This document shows, piece after piece, positions 36,376 through 46,068 of a DNA stretch of 64,000 nt. Both the position numbers and the translations under genes were made by a program. The stretch comes from a virus. Below the pieces are notes generated by a model. That model saw only the letters and a program-made list of their open reading frames with translations. It was not told the origin of the DNA and did no database searches. Numbering within the stretch: position 1 is the first letter of the stretch; each line of letters begins with the position of its first letter. The stretch is taken from the IMG/VR virus record IMGVR_UViG_3300045988_117041, one strand, 5' to 3'.

Positions 36376-37713
36376 TTGAGTGACAAGAACCTAGATAAAC
36401 TCAATGTCGAGCGGGGGCTTATATCAAAGCTGATAGAGACACGGGACATTGAGACCATAACTACATTAGATATAGACACCAGATTCTTTACCGGGGAACA
36501 CAGACGGGTGTTCAGTTACATAACAAAGTTTGTGTTAGAGAATGGCGAGGTGCCAACGCCCCGTGTTGTAAAGAAGAACTTCCCAAACTACATCATTGAA
36601 CGATATTACAATGACGACCGGGGAGAAAAGATTTACGGTACAGCAGAACCACTTGACTATTGGTGTTCAGAAATACGCCGAAAGTTGAAACACAACACCC
36701 TTGCAGAAATGATAGAAAAAGCGGGTGAGACACTAGGCGAATTTGATACTGAGGAAGCCTATAGCCAGATTAAGAAAGCTATTTCTTACGTTGACAGCGA
36801 AGTAGAGATAACTAAGTCGGTAGACATTACAGACGGCACTGATAAGCGAAAAGAACTGTATGAGAAGAAAAAGTTAAACCACGGTATTGTAGGTCTTGAA
36901 ACGGGTATACTTCCGTTAGACAGAATATTAAGAGGTCTTCCAGATGAAACACTGACTATGATAATAGCCACGACCGGAGTGGGCAAGACCTTCATGCAAG
37001 TTCTGATTGGTGCTTACCTTGCGTTAGAGGGTTACAAAGTACAACACTTTATCACTGAAATGTCTGACGGTCTAATGAGAGACAGGTATGAAATGATGTT
37101 ATACTCAATGACTGTGGGACACATAAGCTATAAACAGTTTAAAGAAGGTAAACTTCCGTTTAAGCAGGAGAAGTCTTATTATGAATTTTTAGACGAGATA
37201 CTACCAGACATAACCCCGGTGATTCTTACACCTGCAAAGGGTGTTCTTGCAATGAGAGCAGACATAGAGAAAGAGAAACCAGACCTTGTTATGATTGATG
37301 GTGTTTACCTCATGCAAGACGACCAGGGAGCAAAAGATGACTGGTTAAGAGTAGCGCACATTACCCGTGATTTAAAGACCGCCAGTAAAGATTTACACCT
37401 ACCATTTTTAGGTAACACGCAAGCAAGTCAAGCTACATCAAAGAAGACCGGGCCAGGACTTGATTCTATCATGTATACACAAGCCATAGGTCAAGACTGT
37501 GATAACATCATAGCCTTATGGCGTGATGAAGTGATGTATAACGAGAAAGAAATGGGTGTTAAAGTATTAAAACAAAGAGAAGGTGAACAAGGACAATTTA
37601 TAATGACCTGGGACTTTGATACAATGACCTTTAAGCCTATTTACAGTGTAGACCAAGACGGTAACTCCAATCCAGAAGAAGATGAAGACGCAGAAGACGC
37701 TTTACTGGATTAA
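36376..37713 (+). CDS. dnaB: Replicative DNA helicase, DnaB family
   Basis: 445 aa. GLETGILPLDRIL..., Walker A ATTGVGKTF and Walker B LVMIDGVYLM. Confidence 0.8.
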   Translation: MSDKNLDKLNVERGLISKLIETRDIETITTLDIDTRFFTGEHRRVFSYITKFVLENGEVPTPRVVKKNFPNYIIERYYNDDRGEKIYGTAEPLDYWCSEIRRKLKHNTLAEMIEKAGETLGEFDTEEAYSQIKKAISYVDSEVEITKSVDITDGTDKRKELYEKKKLNHGIVGLETGILPLDRILRGLPDETLTMIIATTGVGKTFMQVLIGAYLALEGYKVQHFITEMSDGLMRDRYEMMLYSMTVGHISYKQFKEGKLPFKQEKSYYEFLDEILPDITPVILTPAKGVLAMRADIEKEKPDLVMIDGVYLMQDDQGAKDDWLRVAHITRDLKTASKDLHLPFLGNTQASQATSKKTGPGLDSIMYTQAIGQDCDNIIALWRDEVMYNEKEMGVKVLKQREGEQGQFIMTWDFDTMTFKPIYSVDQDGNSNPEEDEDAEDALLD

Positions 37714-37720
37714 TAGTATT

Positions 37721-37749
37721 AGACGGTGTTTGAATAGCACCGTCTTTTG
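37721..37749 (+). terminator. Rho-independent terminator after dnaB
   Basis: AGACGGTG pairs with CACCGTCT, followed by TTTG. Confidence 0.6.
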
Positions 37750-37787
37750 TTGTATAATGATACATATTTGAAAGAGAGGTGATTGTA

Positions 37788-37979
37788 ATGTTTACTCGTT
37801 ATAGAATCATGAAGACCCTAGACACGTTAAAAGGTGAATGTCATGTTCGGTGTGTTTCCTGCGGGAAACTAATGACACCAAAAGAAGTGTATTATTTTGG
37901 AACCACCTGTGAAAAGTGTGAGCAAAAACAGTTAAAGAGGTTAGAGAATGAGCGAGTTATTGACGAAAGAACAAGTTGA
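37788..37979 (+). CDS. Small zinc-ribbon protein
   Basis: CVSCGK...CEKCEQ. ATG 37788 follows AGAGAGG. Confidence 0.45.
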   Translation: MFTRYRIMKTLDTLKGECHVRCVSCGKLMTPKEVYYFGTTCEKCEQKQLKRLENERVIDERTS

Positions 37980-38952
37980 AGACCTATTAGATTACATAGG
38001 TGTTGATAAAGTAGGGGCGTGGAAGGGTAGCAATATCCAGTTTTGTTGTCCTATACACGGTGAATCACACCCCTCATGCGGAATCACTACAGAAGCAATA
38101 GACAGAGACACGGGCAGAACGTTTCAAGCGTTTAACTGTCTTGCGTGTGGTGCACACGGTAACTTAGTTAAATTCCTGTGGAAAAGTATGCCAGATGATT
38201 TCAAGACATATTGGGACGCCGCTTACTTTATGCAGGAGCGTTATAATCTGTTTTATGAATTTGACCCGGACAGTGTTGAATCAGTTGCGCGTTATGATGA
38301 ACAATACGAGGACAATGACGATTCAGAAAGAAGAATAATTAAGCCAAAGTATTTCATAGCACCATTTGAAAGTGGCAAGAAGACCTACAAGTATTTCTTT
38401 GAACGGGGATTTACAAAGTCTGAAATGAAAGAATATATGATAGGTCTTGACCGTGAGAGTAAGACCATCACTATACCCGACTTTTGGGAAGACGGTCAGT
38501 TAGCAGGTGTTATTGGTCGTTATGTGTCACCACACAGAAGACACAATGAGCGGTATAAAATTTATGACTATCCCAAGAATGATTTAATATACCCGCTGGA
38601 CAAAATTAAGCCTATCAATAACACCATCATTATTATGGAATCCATGTTAGATACGATACGTGTTAGACGCTTGGGTTATGAAAATGCCGGGTGTATAAAA
38701 GGTATGTTAATGTCTGCAAGACAAGCTAGATGGTTACGTGAGAATTGTGCTTGTGTTATAGACCTGTTCGATAATGACAGTGGTGGTATCAAAGCGCGGA
38801 GAATTGCAAAAGAACGTCTTTATGATATAAACTATAAAACGTGTGTATATCCAGAGTATGGGAAAGACCCATGTGACTGGGAAGACGAGGATTTAATAGA
38901 AACTATTGAAAGTGCAAAGACTATGCACGTATTTAAAGTACCACGATTATAA
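37948..38952 (+). CDS. DNA primase (CHC2 zinc finger plus TOPRIM)
   Basis: CCPIHGESHPSC...CLACGAHG, then TOPRIM-like IIIMESMLD and LFDNDSGG. Confidence 0.75.
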   Translation: MSELLTKEQVEDLLDYIGVDKVGAWKGSNIQFCCPIHGESHPSCGITTEAIDRDTGRTFQAFNCLACGAHGNLVKFLWKSMPDDFKTYWDAAYFMQERYNLFYEFDPDSVESVARYDEQYEDNDDSERRIIKPKYFIAPFESGKKTYKYFFERGFTKSEMKEYMIGLDRESKTITIPDFWEDGQLAGVIGRYVSPHRRHNERYKIYDYPKNDLIYPLDKIKPINNTIIIMESMLDTIRVRRLGYENAGCIKGMLMSARQARWLRENCACVIDLFDNDSGGIKARRIAKERLYDINYKTCVYPEYGKDPCDWEDEDLIETIESAKTMHVFKVPRL

Positions 38953-38965
38953 GGAGGTTTATGTT

Positions 38966-39391
38966 ATGGCTGTATACGCATATGAGAAAGAAAAAATACC
39001 AAAAGAAAAAGCAGAAGTATATAAGTCCCAGCTTAGGTCATTCTACGGGTCTTTAGAAAATGCCATAAACTATCGAGTGTGTTCACTGGATTATTCTGTC
39101 ATAGACAAGGGTATAATTAACTGTGTGAATACCTTCAACCAACACGGTCTGCACACCATATACTCATGTTCGGGACATAGTGAAACTGATAGTGCCTATG
39201 TGGTGTTTGCGACATATGTTACCCGCGAAAAGATAGAACGCGAGTTTGAGTTGTTGGGTATCAAGAAAGGTGTGTATAAGATAGAGAGGAAGTCCCTGTT
39301 CCAAGGTGAAGTAACCACATTAAAAGTAACGATACCGCCAGACAGCAAAGACTATTTCTATATCTGTAGTTTTCCAAAACACCGGAAATAG
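38966..39391 (+). CDS. Hypothetical protein
   Basis: 141 aa. ATG 38966 follows AAGGAGG. Confidence 0.55.
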   Translation: MAVYAYEKEKIPKEKAEVYKSQLRSFYGSLENAINYRVCSLDYSVIDKGIINCVNTFNQHGLHTIYSCSGHSETDSAYVVFATYVTREKIEREFELLGIKKGVYKIERKSLFQGEVTTLKVTIPPDSKDYFYICSFPKHRK

Positions 39392-39400
39392 AAGGGGTTG

Positions 39401-39429
39401 TTGCACTTTGTAAATTGCCATGATATAAT
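39401..39429 (+). promoter_or_regulatory. Sigma-A-type promoter
   Basis: TTGCAC, 17-nt spacer, TGaTATAAT. Confidence 0.5.
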
Positions 39430-39473
39430 GCAATAGTCAATTCAAAACCATAAGATAAAAGGAGAGTGACACA

Positions 39474-40478
39474 ATGAGTAGAAAACTGTTTAACACGGGG
39501 TATACCGCTGTTAAAGAGGAAAAAGAACGTCAAGAGAGAAACCGCGAGAAAGTAAAGGGTAAACTCTGGGACTTCTACCTGTCTGATGATGGGGACGAAG
39601 CACAAGTACGTTTCTTGACTGAGGAACCCGTGAACTACTATGCACATTCTGTACCAGAAAAAGGCGGCAGGTATCAAGAACACATATGCACCCAAGATGA
39701 TGATTGCGAGTATTGCAACGAGGGTGATAAACCACAGTTCAAGAGTGCATACCTTATATGGGATAAGCGCGAATATGAGACCACCAATGAAAAGGGTAAG
39801 AAAGTTAAGAAGTCCGGGTGTTTAAGACTGTACACCCAGGGAACCAAAGTAACGTCACAGCTTGCCCGTATTTCATCAAAGAGTGGTATCACTGTGAAAG
39901 ACCTCAATATTGTTCGTTCCGGGAAAGGGACACAAACGTCCTATATGTTTGAAAACGATTTTGAGCGGGAACCTTTAACTGCTGATGAAGTTCGTGAAAT
40001 GCTGGCAGTGTTGCCAGAAGAACAGCAAGCTATGTATAAGGGTGACGTTAAGAAGGGTAACAAGTCATTGCTTAATGTAGTCATGGCACAGCTTGAAATG
40101 CGTATGGACGATTACGAAGAAGACAAGAACACCAATTATGATGAAGACGAGGATTATGACGAATCAGACGGTGATGAAGACGAGGAAGAAACACCCAGAA
40201 GGTCTTCAAAGTCCAGCACAAAAAAGACTTCTAATAAACGTACATCATCAAACAAACGTAAGCGTTACGAAGACGAGGACGAAGAAGATGAAGACGACTA
40301 TGAGGAAGATTATGACGAAGATGAAGACGAGGACGATTACTACATTCCAGATGATGAAGACGAGGAAGACGATTTTCCAATGAACAGTCCCCGGTCTTCC
40401 AGAAAGTCTGCACCAGCAAAGAGAACACCCGCGCCCAAGAGTAACAAGGGACGTTCAAAGGGTCTGTTCAGAAAGTAA
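39474..40478 (+). CDS. Putative gp32-like ssDNA-binding protein with a long acidic/basic low-complexity tail
   Basis: His/Cys cluster H..EHICTQDDDCEYC recalls the gp32 zinc site. The C-terminal ~130 aa are D/E runs alternating with K/R/S. Confidence 0.4.
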   Translation: MSRKLFNTGYTAVKEEKERQERNREKVKGKLWDFYLSDDGDEAQVRFLTEEPVNYYAHSVPEKGGRYQEHICTQDDDCEYCNEGDKPQFKSAYLIWDKREYETTNEKGKKVKKSGCLRLYTQGTKVTSQLARISSKSGITVKDLNIVRSGKGTQTSYMFENDFEREPLTADEVREMLAVLPEEQQAMYKGDVKKGNKSLLNVVMAQLEMRMDDYEEDKNTNYDEDEDYDESDGDEDEEETPRRSSKSSTKKTSNKRTSSNKRKRYEDEDEEDEDDYEEDYDEDEDEDDYYIPDDEDEEDDFPMNSPRSSRKSAPAKRTPAPKSNKGRSKGLFRK

Positions 40479-40529
40479 AACTACACACTGTATAGTGTAG
40501 AAATAAAACACACATAAGGAGAAAAAGAC

Positions 40530-40808
40530 ATGAGTAAATTAGGAATCAAGGAAGTAGCTGAGAGAGCTGCAGAGAAGACCGGGAAAAGTGTGAAACTGTC
40601 AAAAGACGTTATCAATGCCACGCTTGAAACAATCCAGGAGGAACTTGCCGAAGGCAATGACGTTGCGTTTGTCGGCTACGTGTCCTTTAACGTTGAAGAA
40701 GTTGCCGCACGTTCCGGCAGTTGCGCGGGCCGTAAGTGGTCTAAACCCGCACACTCTGTAGTGAAAGCAAAGCTGGGAGCAAAGCTGAAAAACGCTGTCG
40801 AGGAATAA
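40530..40808 (+). CDS. HU/IHF-family histone-like DNA-binding protein
   Basis: 92 aa. ...VINATLETIQEELAEGNDVAFVGYVSFNVEEVAARSG...AKLGAKLKNAV fits the HU fold pattern. Confidence 0.75.
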   Translation: MSKLGIKEVAERAAEKTGKSVKLSKDVINATLETIQEELAEGNDVAFVGYVSFNVEEVAARSGSCAGRKWSKPAHSVVKAKLGAKLKNAVEE

Positions 40809-40819
40809 GTCTTTCGTGT

Positions 40820-40848
40820 TTGACTGATTGTAGGTGTTATGCTATGAT
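40820..40848 (+). promoter_or_regulatory. Sigma-A-type promoter of the polymerase gene
   Basis: TTGACT, 17-nt spacer, TGcTATGAT. Confidence 0.5.
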
Positions 40849-40894
40849 AACAACGTAGTGTAGCACCTATTTTTATTGTAGAGAAGGTGAGAGA

Positions 40895-43800
40895 ATGAAA
40901 GACGAAAGACTTAGAATGATGAAGCCCGTGGTCTACAGTCCGTTCTATTCCAAGTGGTATCCGTTAAGACCACGAATAGAGAAATACACCATTGTAGACA
41001 CCATTCCAAAACTTAGGAAGTTGGCGAAAAAAGCAAAGACAAAAACTGAATTTGCTTTTGATACAGAGACCAACGGGTTAAGAGCATACGGGCCAGACAA
41101 GAATTTCAGATGTGTGTGTATCACAATAAGCTGGGGGCCTAGAGATAACTACTATATCCCGCTTGCACACTTGCGTGACGAGGACATAGATAGAAACCTT
41201 GATTTAAGTGTTGCACGTCCTCTATTAAATAAGATATTGGGCCGCAAAGACGTAAGACTAATAGGACATAACATAAAATTTGATATGCACGTATTAGCGC
41301 GTATTGGCGTTTATGTAAAGACAAGAGACTTATTCGACACAATGGTAGGTGTTTGGCTATGTGATGAAAACACACCTAACGGTTTGAAAGAATCTTCAAA
41401 GATTAAGATGGATATAGACCAGACCCATTTTGCAGACGCAGTGGCTACAGTTCCAAAAGAAGTTAAAAAGCGTTTTGGTCTTAAGCCTAACAGTAAAGCC
41501 ACGTATGACCTTGTGCTGATAGACGAAGGTGCACCATACGCGTTAGATGATAGTTACTTTACCTGGGAACTGTACTTAGGTTTGTTAGAAGAACTTGAAC
41601 ATGAAGAAATGGATAAGATTTTCTACAAACACTATATGCCGTTCATATGGACACTGTATCATATGGAAGAACGAGGTATCACCGTTGATGTAGACAAGCT
41701 GAGACACATGGGTGTTGATATGGACAAAGACCTTGAAGACCTCATGTATCAGATGGTAGAGATTGCGGGTATACAGTTTAATCCGTCTTCACAGCAGTTA
41801 GGTGAATTATTGTTTGGTTATGTTAAAGAAGACAAGCTGAACGAAAAGACAGGTAAGATAACCAAAGCAAACCCAAACTGGGACATTATCAAGCGTTCCT
41901 TTAAGTTCCGTATCATAAGCACCACACCAAAAGGTGCACCACAAGTTAATAATGACGTATTGTGGAAATTGTCGCGCTTAGAGTATAAAAAGAGTAAGCG
42001 CAAACAGCAAGGTGTAGAATTTGTAAAGCTGTTAATGTCCTACAACAAAATCAAAAAGTTAAAGAGTGCTTTTGTTGACGGTCTGTTAGACCAGATATAT
42101 GATGATGGGAAAGCACACCCTTCCTATAACATCATAGGGACAGACACGGGACGTTTAAGCTGTACAAGCCCTAACCTACAGCAGTTGCCGAAAGCAGAGG
42201 AAGAAGACCAGTACCAGATTAGAAGTGTGTTTATCGGTAGTTTAGATAAGTCCACAGGTAAACGTAAAAAGTTAATCGCGTGTGACTATGCTAACCTGGA
42301 AATGCGTGTTCTTGCGCATTTTTGCGTTCAACGCAATATGCCTATTGCACTTGAAGACGGTTCAAGTATTGAGATGGGGAGTTTAGTGCAGAAATGTGAT
42401 AATAGTAGAAAAGTTAAATCATATAATTTTGATACCGGGAAGATAGAAGCACAGCCAATAACAAATTTCTGGAAGAATGGTAAGTCAAATTTATATGACA
42501 CACCACAATATCGAGGTACTCATGATGATTGGTTGAGAATAGTAAATGACGGAGACTATAGTAGACTTGTTGTTACTGACGACCATGAGATATTTACACC
42601 TCGTGGTAAAGTACGTGCAAAGAATTTACATGAAGGTGATACCATGTACTACAATGCCCCGGAATTTAGTGATGATTTAAAAGAACTTGTCGTGGGTATT
42701 ACACTAGGTGATTCAAACTTTAAAGACAAGTGGTCTGGTCTTGTGTTCTATCATGCTGACAGTCAACGTGAGTATTTAGATTGGAAGAAGTCTTTATTAA
42801 AAGACTATGTTGGCGAAGTTTTTGAAGACACTACAGTTAATAAGATATATTTAAAAGCTAACCCCTTTATACTCAAACTCAAAGAGTGTTACACACAAGG
42901 TAAAGACAATTCCCATAAGTTAATTAATGTAGATATAGTTAAACATATGAGTGTTAAGTCTTTAGCTGTATGGTATTTAGATGACGGGTGTTTTAGCCAC
43001 GATGATAGGTGTTGTAGTATGAGCGGATACAGTCTAACTATTGCTAGAAAGAATATATCCCTTGATGTAGTTAAGGCTTTAAATGATAAGTTTAATTTTA
43101 ATTTCAGACTTACTTCTACAGGTATTAGTTTATCAGGAAGTTATTTTAATAAGTTTTTAAGGGCTATAGCACCTTATTGCCCCAAGTGCATGAACTATAA
43201 GTTTCCTCACTTCTTAAAAGACCTAGTAGGTACTTATATCTGGAACACTGCACATCGTGATGTTACAGAAGTTAAGATTGTGAGTATAGAGAGAGTGCAG
43301 AAAGGGGACCCGTTATTTAAAAAGTCATTGATACAGTCTGGGTATGACTTAGAAGTGTTCGGTAACCATAACTACTTTGCCAACAACATACTTGTGTCCA
43401 ATAGTAAAGACAAGAATTTGATAGATATGTTCTTGTCCGGGGCAGATACACATGGTGCCACTGCTGTTAATATGTTCAATCTTGACTGTGAACCGAATGA
43501 GGTAAAGAAGAAGTATCACCATTTGAGACAAGCCGCGAAAATCATTAACTTTATGTTGATGTACGGTGGTGGTAGATTCAGACTGTATACTGCGCTTAGA
43601 GACGACCAGTCCTCACCCATTGATTTAGGTAGTGAAGAATATGTCACCTTGTACGCTAAACAGATAGCAGAGTTTAAGCGTAATTTCCGGGGACGTAAAG
43701 TACCTAGTGACGGGGAGATAGTAGCACAGATTTACATTGACCGCTACTTTGATTCATACAAAGGTGTTGCAGAGTTCATAAAGAGAGAAAAACGTTATGC

Positions 43801-44173
43801 ACATAGACACGGATATGTGTACACATTAAAACGCCGTAAAAGACGCATACCAGATATTAACAGTGATAATTTTGGTACTGTAGGGTACTGTGAGCGTGTT
43901 AGTGTCAATGCACCTATCCAGGGTAGTGCGGCAGACATAACGTCCAGTGCACAGAATCGTGTTGACCTTGACGATTTCTTTATAGAACACGGTGCACTGT
44001 TATTACTCCAAGTGCATGATGAACTTGTCATGGAATGTCCAGAAGAACACGTAGAGGTAGTCACTAAACGTCTGCAAGAGTTAATGGCACACCCATTCGG
44101 TGATAACATTGAACTGAACCTACCCCTTAGAGCAGACGCAGATTCAGGGGATTCCTACCAGGATGCCAAGTAA
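40895..44173 (+). CDS. polA: Family A DNA polymerase (3'-5' exonuclease plus polymerase), interrupted by an intein
   Basis: Exo I motif FAFDTETNGL. Motif A ACDYANLEMRVLAHF|intein|SKDKNLIDMFLSGADTHG. Motif B RQAAKIINFMLMYGG. Motif C LLLQVHDELVME. Confidence 0.85.
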   Translation: MKDERLRMMKPVVYSPFYSKWYPLRPRIEKYTIVDTIPKLRKLAKKAKTKTEFAFDTETNGLRAYGPDKNFRCVCITISWGPRDNYYIPLAHLRDEDIDRNLDLSVARPLLNKILGRKDVRLIGHNIKFDMHVLARIGVYVKTRDLFDTMVGVWLCDENTPNGLKESSKIKMDIDQTHFADAVATVPKEVKKRFGLKPNSKATYDLVLIDEGAPYALDDSYFTWELYLGLLEELEHEEMDKIFYKHYMPFIWTLYHMEERGITVDVDKLRHMGVDMDKDLEDLMYQMVEIAGIQFNPSSQQLGELLFGYVKEDKLNEKTGKITKANPNWDIIKRSFKFRIISTTPKGAPQVNNDVLWKLSRLEYKKSKRKQQGVEFVKLLMSYNKIKKLKSAFVDGLLDQIYDDGKAHPSYNIIGTDTGRLSCTSPNLQQLPKAEEEDQYQIRSVFIGSLDKSTGKRKKLIACDYANLEMRVLAHFCVQRNMPIALEDGSSIEMGSLVQKCDNSRKVKSYNFDTGKIEAQPITNFWKNGKSNLYDTPQYRGTHDDWLRIVNDGDYSRLVVTDDHEIFTPRGKVRAKNLHEGDTMYYNAPEFSDDLKELVVGITLGDSNFKDKWSGLVFYHADSQREYLDWKKSLLKDYVGEVFEDTTVNKIYLKANPFILKLKECYTQGKDNSHKLINVDIVKHMSVKSLAVWYLDDGCFSHDDRCCSMSGYSLTIARKNISLDVVKALNDKFNFNFRLTSTGISLSGSYFNKFLRAIAPYCPKCMNYKFPHFLKDLVGTYIWNTAHRDVTEVKIVSIERVQKGDPLFKKSLIQSGYDLEVFGNHNYFANNILVSNSKDKNLIDMFLSGADTHGATAVNMFNLDCEPNEVKKKYHHLRQAAKIINFMLMYGGGRFRLYTALRDDQSSPIDLGSEEYVTLYAKQIAEFKRNFRGRKVPSDGEIVAQIYIDRYFDSYKGVAEFIKREKRYAHRHGYVYTLKRRKRRIPDINSDNFGTVGYCERVSVNAPIQGSAADITSSAQNRVDLDDFFIEHGALLLLQVHDELVMECPEEHVEVVTKRLQELMAHPFGDNIELNLPLRADADSGDSYQDAK
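42323..43402 (+). mobile_element. Intein (360 aa) with a LAGLIDADG endonuclease in polymerase motif A
   Basis: Begins with Cys (CVQRNMPIALEDGSSIE). Block B VVTDDHEIF. LAGLIDADG motifs VGITLGDSNF and VWYLDDGCF. Blocks F/G YDLEVFGNHNYFANNILVSN, then +1 Ser. Confidence 0.75.
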
Positions 44174-44212
44174 AATCTGACAGTTATCAAGACGCAAAGT
44201 AAGAGGTGTTAT

Positions 44213-44380
44213 ATGAAAGACCAAAAATGGGTTGACCTGTGTGGTAATTGTGCTAATATTAATATGTGTGAATCTTATTGTTATGGTTCCATGTACAGAA
44301 GGAGCACGGTTAAGTATTTGCGCTTTAAGTTTAGTGTTTGGTTACAACACCAGATTGACAAGGTGTTTGCAATAAGGTAA
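44213..44380 (+). CDS. Small Cys-rich protein (not in the ORF track)
   Basis: 55 aa, MKDQKWVDLCGNCANINMCESYCYGS..., with SD AAGAGG. Confidence 0.4.
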   Translation: MKDQKWVDLCGNCANINMCESYCYGSMYRRSTVKYLRFKFSVWLQHQIDKVFAIR

Positions 44381-44381
44381 T

Positions 44382-44410
44382 TTGACAAGTTTCTTTGTTG
44401 ATGTTATATT
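44382..44410 (+). promoter_or_regulatory. Sigma-A-type promoter
   Basis: TTGACA, 17-nt spacer, TGtTATATT. Confidence 0.5.
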
Positions 44411-44468
44411 TCACCTATCAGCAAAGAAGCTGTCACAAAATACAAAAGTAGAAAAGGAGATTGAAAAC

Positions 44469-44897
44469 ATGGCAACAACGACAAGTAAGTTAGCAGGAAA
44501 CGCAGTAAAGAAGAATGTAGGTGCACAGGCACCGAAAGCAACACCAACACCCGCACCACAGGCGACACCCGCACCCGTCCAGGATAAGACTTCCAGTGTT
44601 GACCCTAAAGGTGTAGCAAAGTTCCTTGAAAGTGTTCGCACGAATAATGTAGAGGACATTGTGTGGGCGATTGTGACCGCCGGGGAATTTGACACCCTCA
44701 CCAATGAAGCTATTGAGGAAGCTGTACAGAACGTAAGTAATGCTTTAGGTGTTGTAGATATGGAACACCGTACAGAGATTGACAACCTTTCTAAAGAACT
44801 GGACGCTATGCGTGAGCAGTTAGAAGGTGCACTTGCAGAACGTGACAAAGCAAATGACCGTGTAAAAATGCTGTGCGGTATTATTGCTGATATGTAA
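44469..44897 (+). CDS. Hypothetical coiled-coil protein
   Basis: 142 aa. ATG 44469 follows AAAGGAG. The track start at 44382 overlaps the promoter. Confidence 0.55.
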   Translation: MATTTSKLAGNAVKKNVGAQAPKATPTPAPQATPAPVQDKTSSVDPKGVAKFLESVRTNNVEDIVWAIVTAGEFDTLTNEAIEEAVQNVSNALGVVDMEHRTEIDNLSKELDAMREQLEGALAERDKANDRVKMLCGIIADM

Positions 44898-44927
44898 GAC
44901 GTATTACAATTTACATGAAGTAGGGTA

Positions 44928-44956
44928 TTGACCTCCTAGTGTGTTTATGCTAATAT
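44928..44956 (+). promoter_or_regulatory. Sigma-A-type promoter
   Basis: TTGACC, 17-nt spacer, TGcTAATAT. Confidence 0.5.
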
Positions 44957-45010
44957 GTACGTGTGATTAACACACTCGTACAACGCTAAACATATTAGGA
45001 GGTTTTTCAT

Positions 45011-45730
45011 ATGAAAGACAAGAAAGAGAAGTCAATGTTTAGTGACGAGAGGACAAAGTTTATTTATTTCGACTTTGTTATAATTAGTGCGATACTTGCT
45101 TTTATCAGTATACGAGGTGAGTATGTACACGCTGTATTGTGGGCCGTTGTTGAATTGATTGTGACCCCGTTCATTGTGAGAAAAGGTGTTCGTTTACAGC
45201 TTATGTTGTTCACCATAATAGCGTTTTTCGCTCTCACAGTAGCGGGCGTGTCAGTCAACAAAATGTTTAAGACAGCCCAAGCTAGTTCAAGTGCTGTAGT
45301 ATCTGAGAGTGTAGCGGCAGAAATGTCCTCCATGAACGCCGAACTTGAAAGGCTAAAGAAAGAGTCCGAAAAGCAGAGCGAGCGCGAGAGCGTCCGAGAA
45401 TCATTAGACGCATATTATACCGCCGAATACCCCGGAGAAACGCCTACAGACACCGTAGAAGACGCTACAGAGACCACAGCGAACCAGCAAACAGAAACAC
45501 CAGAAACAACCACAAAAGAGTTTGATGGCAAGATACCTACAAGCAGAATGATTTACACAGGTTCCGACTTGTTCTGGACAGCCACAAACGACTACTACGG
45601 TCACGTACTTAAAACAACATTGAATGAAATAACCATTGAGTTAGCAAACGGTGATGTTGTAGTACAGCCTAGAAAGTCAATCATGCAGGCTGATTTATAT
45701 GGGTATAACCCAAACAATGTAGACCAGTAA
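45011..45730 (+). CDS. Hypothetical membrane protein
   Basis: 239 aa with three hydrophobic segments in the N-terminal ~90 aa, followed by a coiled-coil/acidic region. Confidence 0.55.
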   Translation: MKDKKEKSMFSDERTKFIYFDFVIISAILAFISIRGEYVHAVLWAVVELIVTPFIVRKGVRLQLMLFTIIAFFALTVAGVSVNKMFKTAQASSSAVVSESVAAEMSSMNAELERLKKESEKQSERESVRESLDAYYTAEYPGETPTDTVEDATETTANQQTETPETTTKEFDGKIPTSRMIYTGSDLFWTATNDYYGHVLKTTLNEITIELANGDVVVQPRKSIMQADLYGYNPNNVDQ

Positions 45731-45773
45731 GCACACAAAAGAAATAAGCGTTGTATAGGTGTTAATCACATTG

Positions 45774-45800
45774 GGCGGGACTTAATTGTCCCGTCTTTTT
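45774..45800 (+). terminator. Rho-independent terminator
   Basis: GGCGGGAC pairs with GTCCCGTC, followed by TTTTT. Confidence 0.6.
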
Positions 45801-45808
45801 ACGTGAAA

Positions 45809-45837
45809 TTGACTTATATTTTGAAAAATGTTATGAT
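45809..45837 (+). promoter_or_regulatory. Sigma-A-type promoter
   Basis: TTGACT, 17-nt spacer, TGtTATGAT. Confidence 0.5.
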
Positions 45838-45876
45838 TGTATTACAAAATTACAATACATAAGGAGGAAGTGTTAA

Positions 45877-46068
45877 ATGGCTAATGAAAGATACACCATC
45901 CTGGTAGAACCATGTCTTACAGACCGGGCCGCACAGACCTACAAGAAAAGATATAACACACTGTCTGAGTTCTACACCACAGCGATTTTAAATCAGCTTG
46001 AAAATGATGGGGACTTTGATATTCGTGATGAATACCAGGAGGTGTTAGAACGTGCCGAAGAAAATTAG
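45877..46068 (+). CDS. Hypothetical protein
   Basis: 63 aa with SD AAGGAGG. Confidence 0.5.
   Translation: MANERYTILVEPCLTDRAAQTYKKRYNTLSEFYTTAILNQLENDGDFDIRDEYQEVLERAEEN

Noticed and set aside
40093-40383. The alternative-frame ORF (96 aa, K/T/M-rich) and the minus-strand ORF 40231-40458 within the SSB tail.
   Set aside because: They are artefacts of the GAAGACGAGGA-type low-complexity repeat, which is open in several frames.
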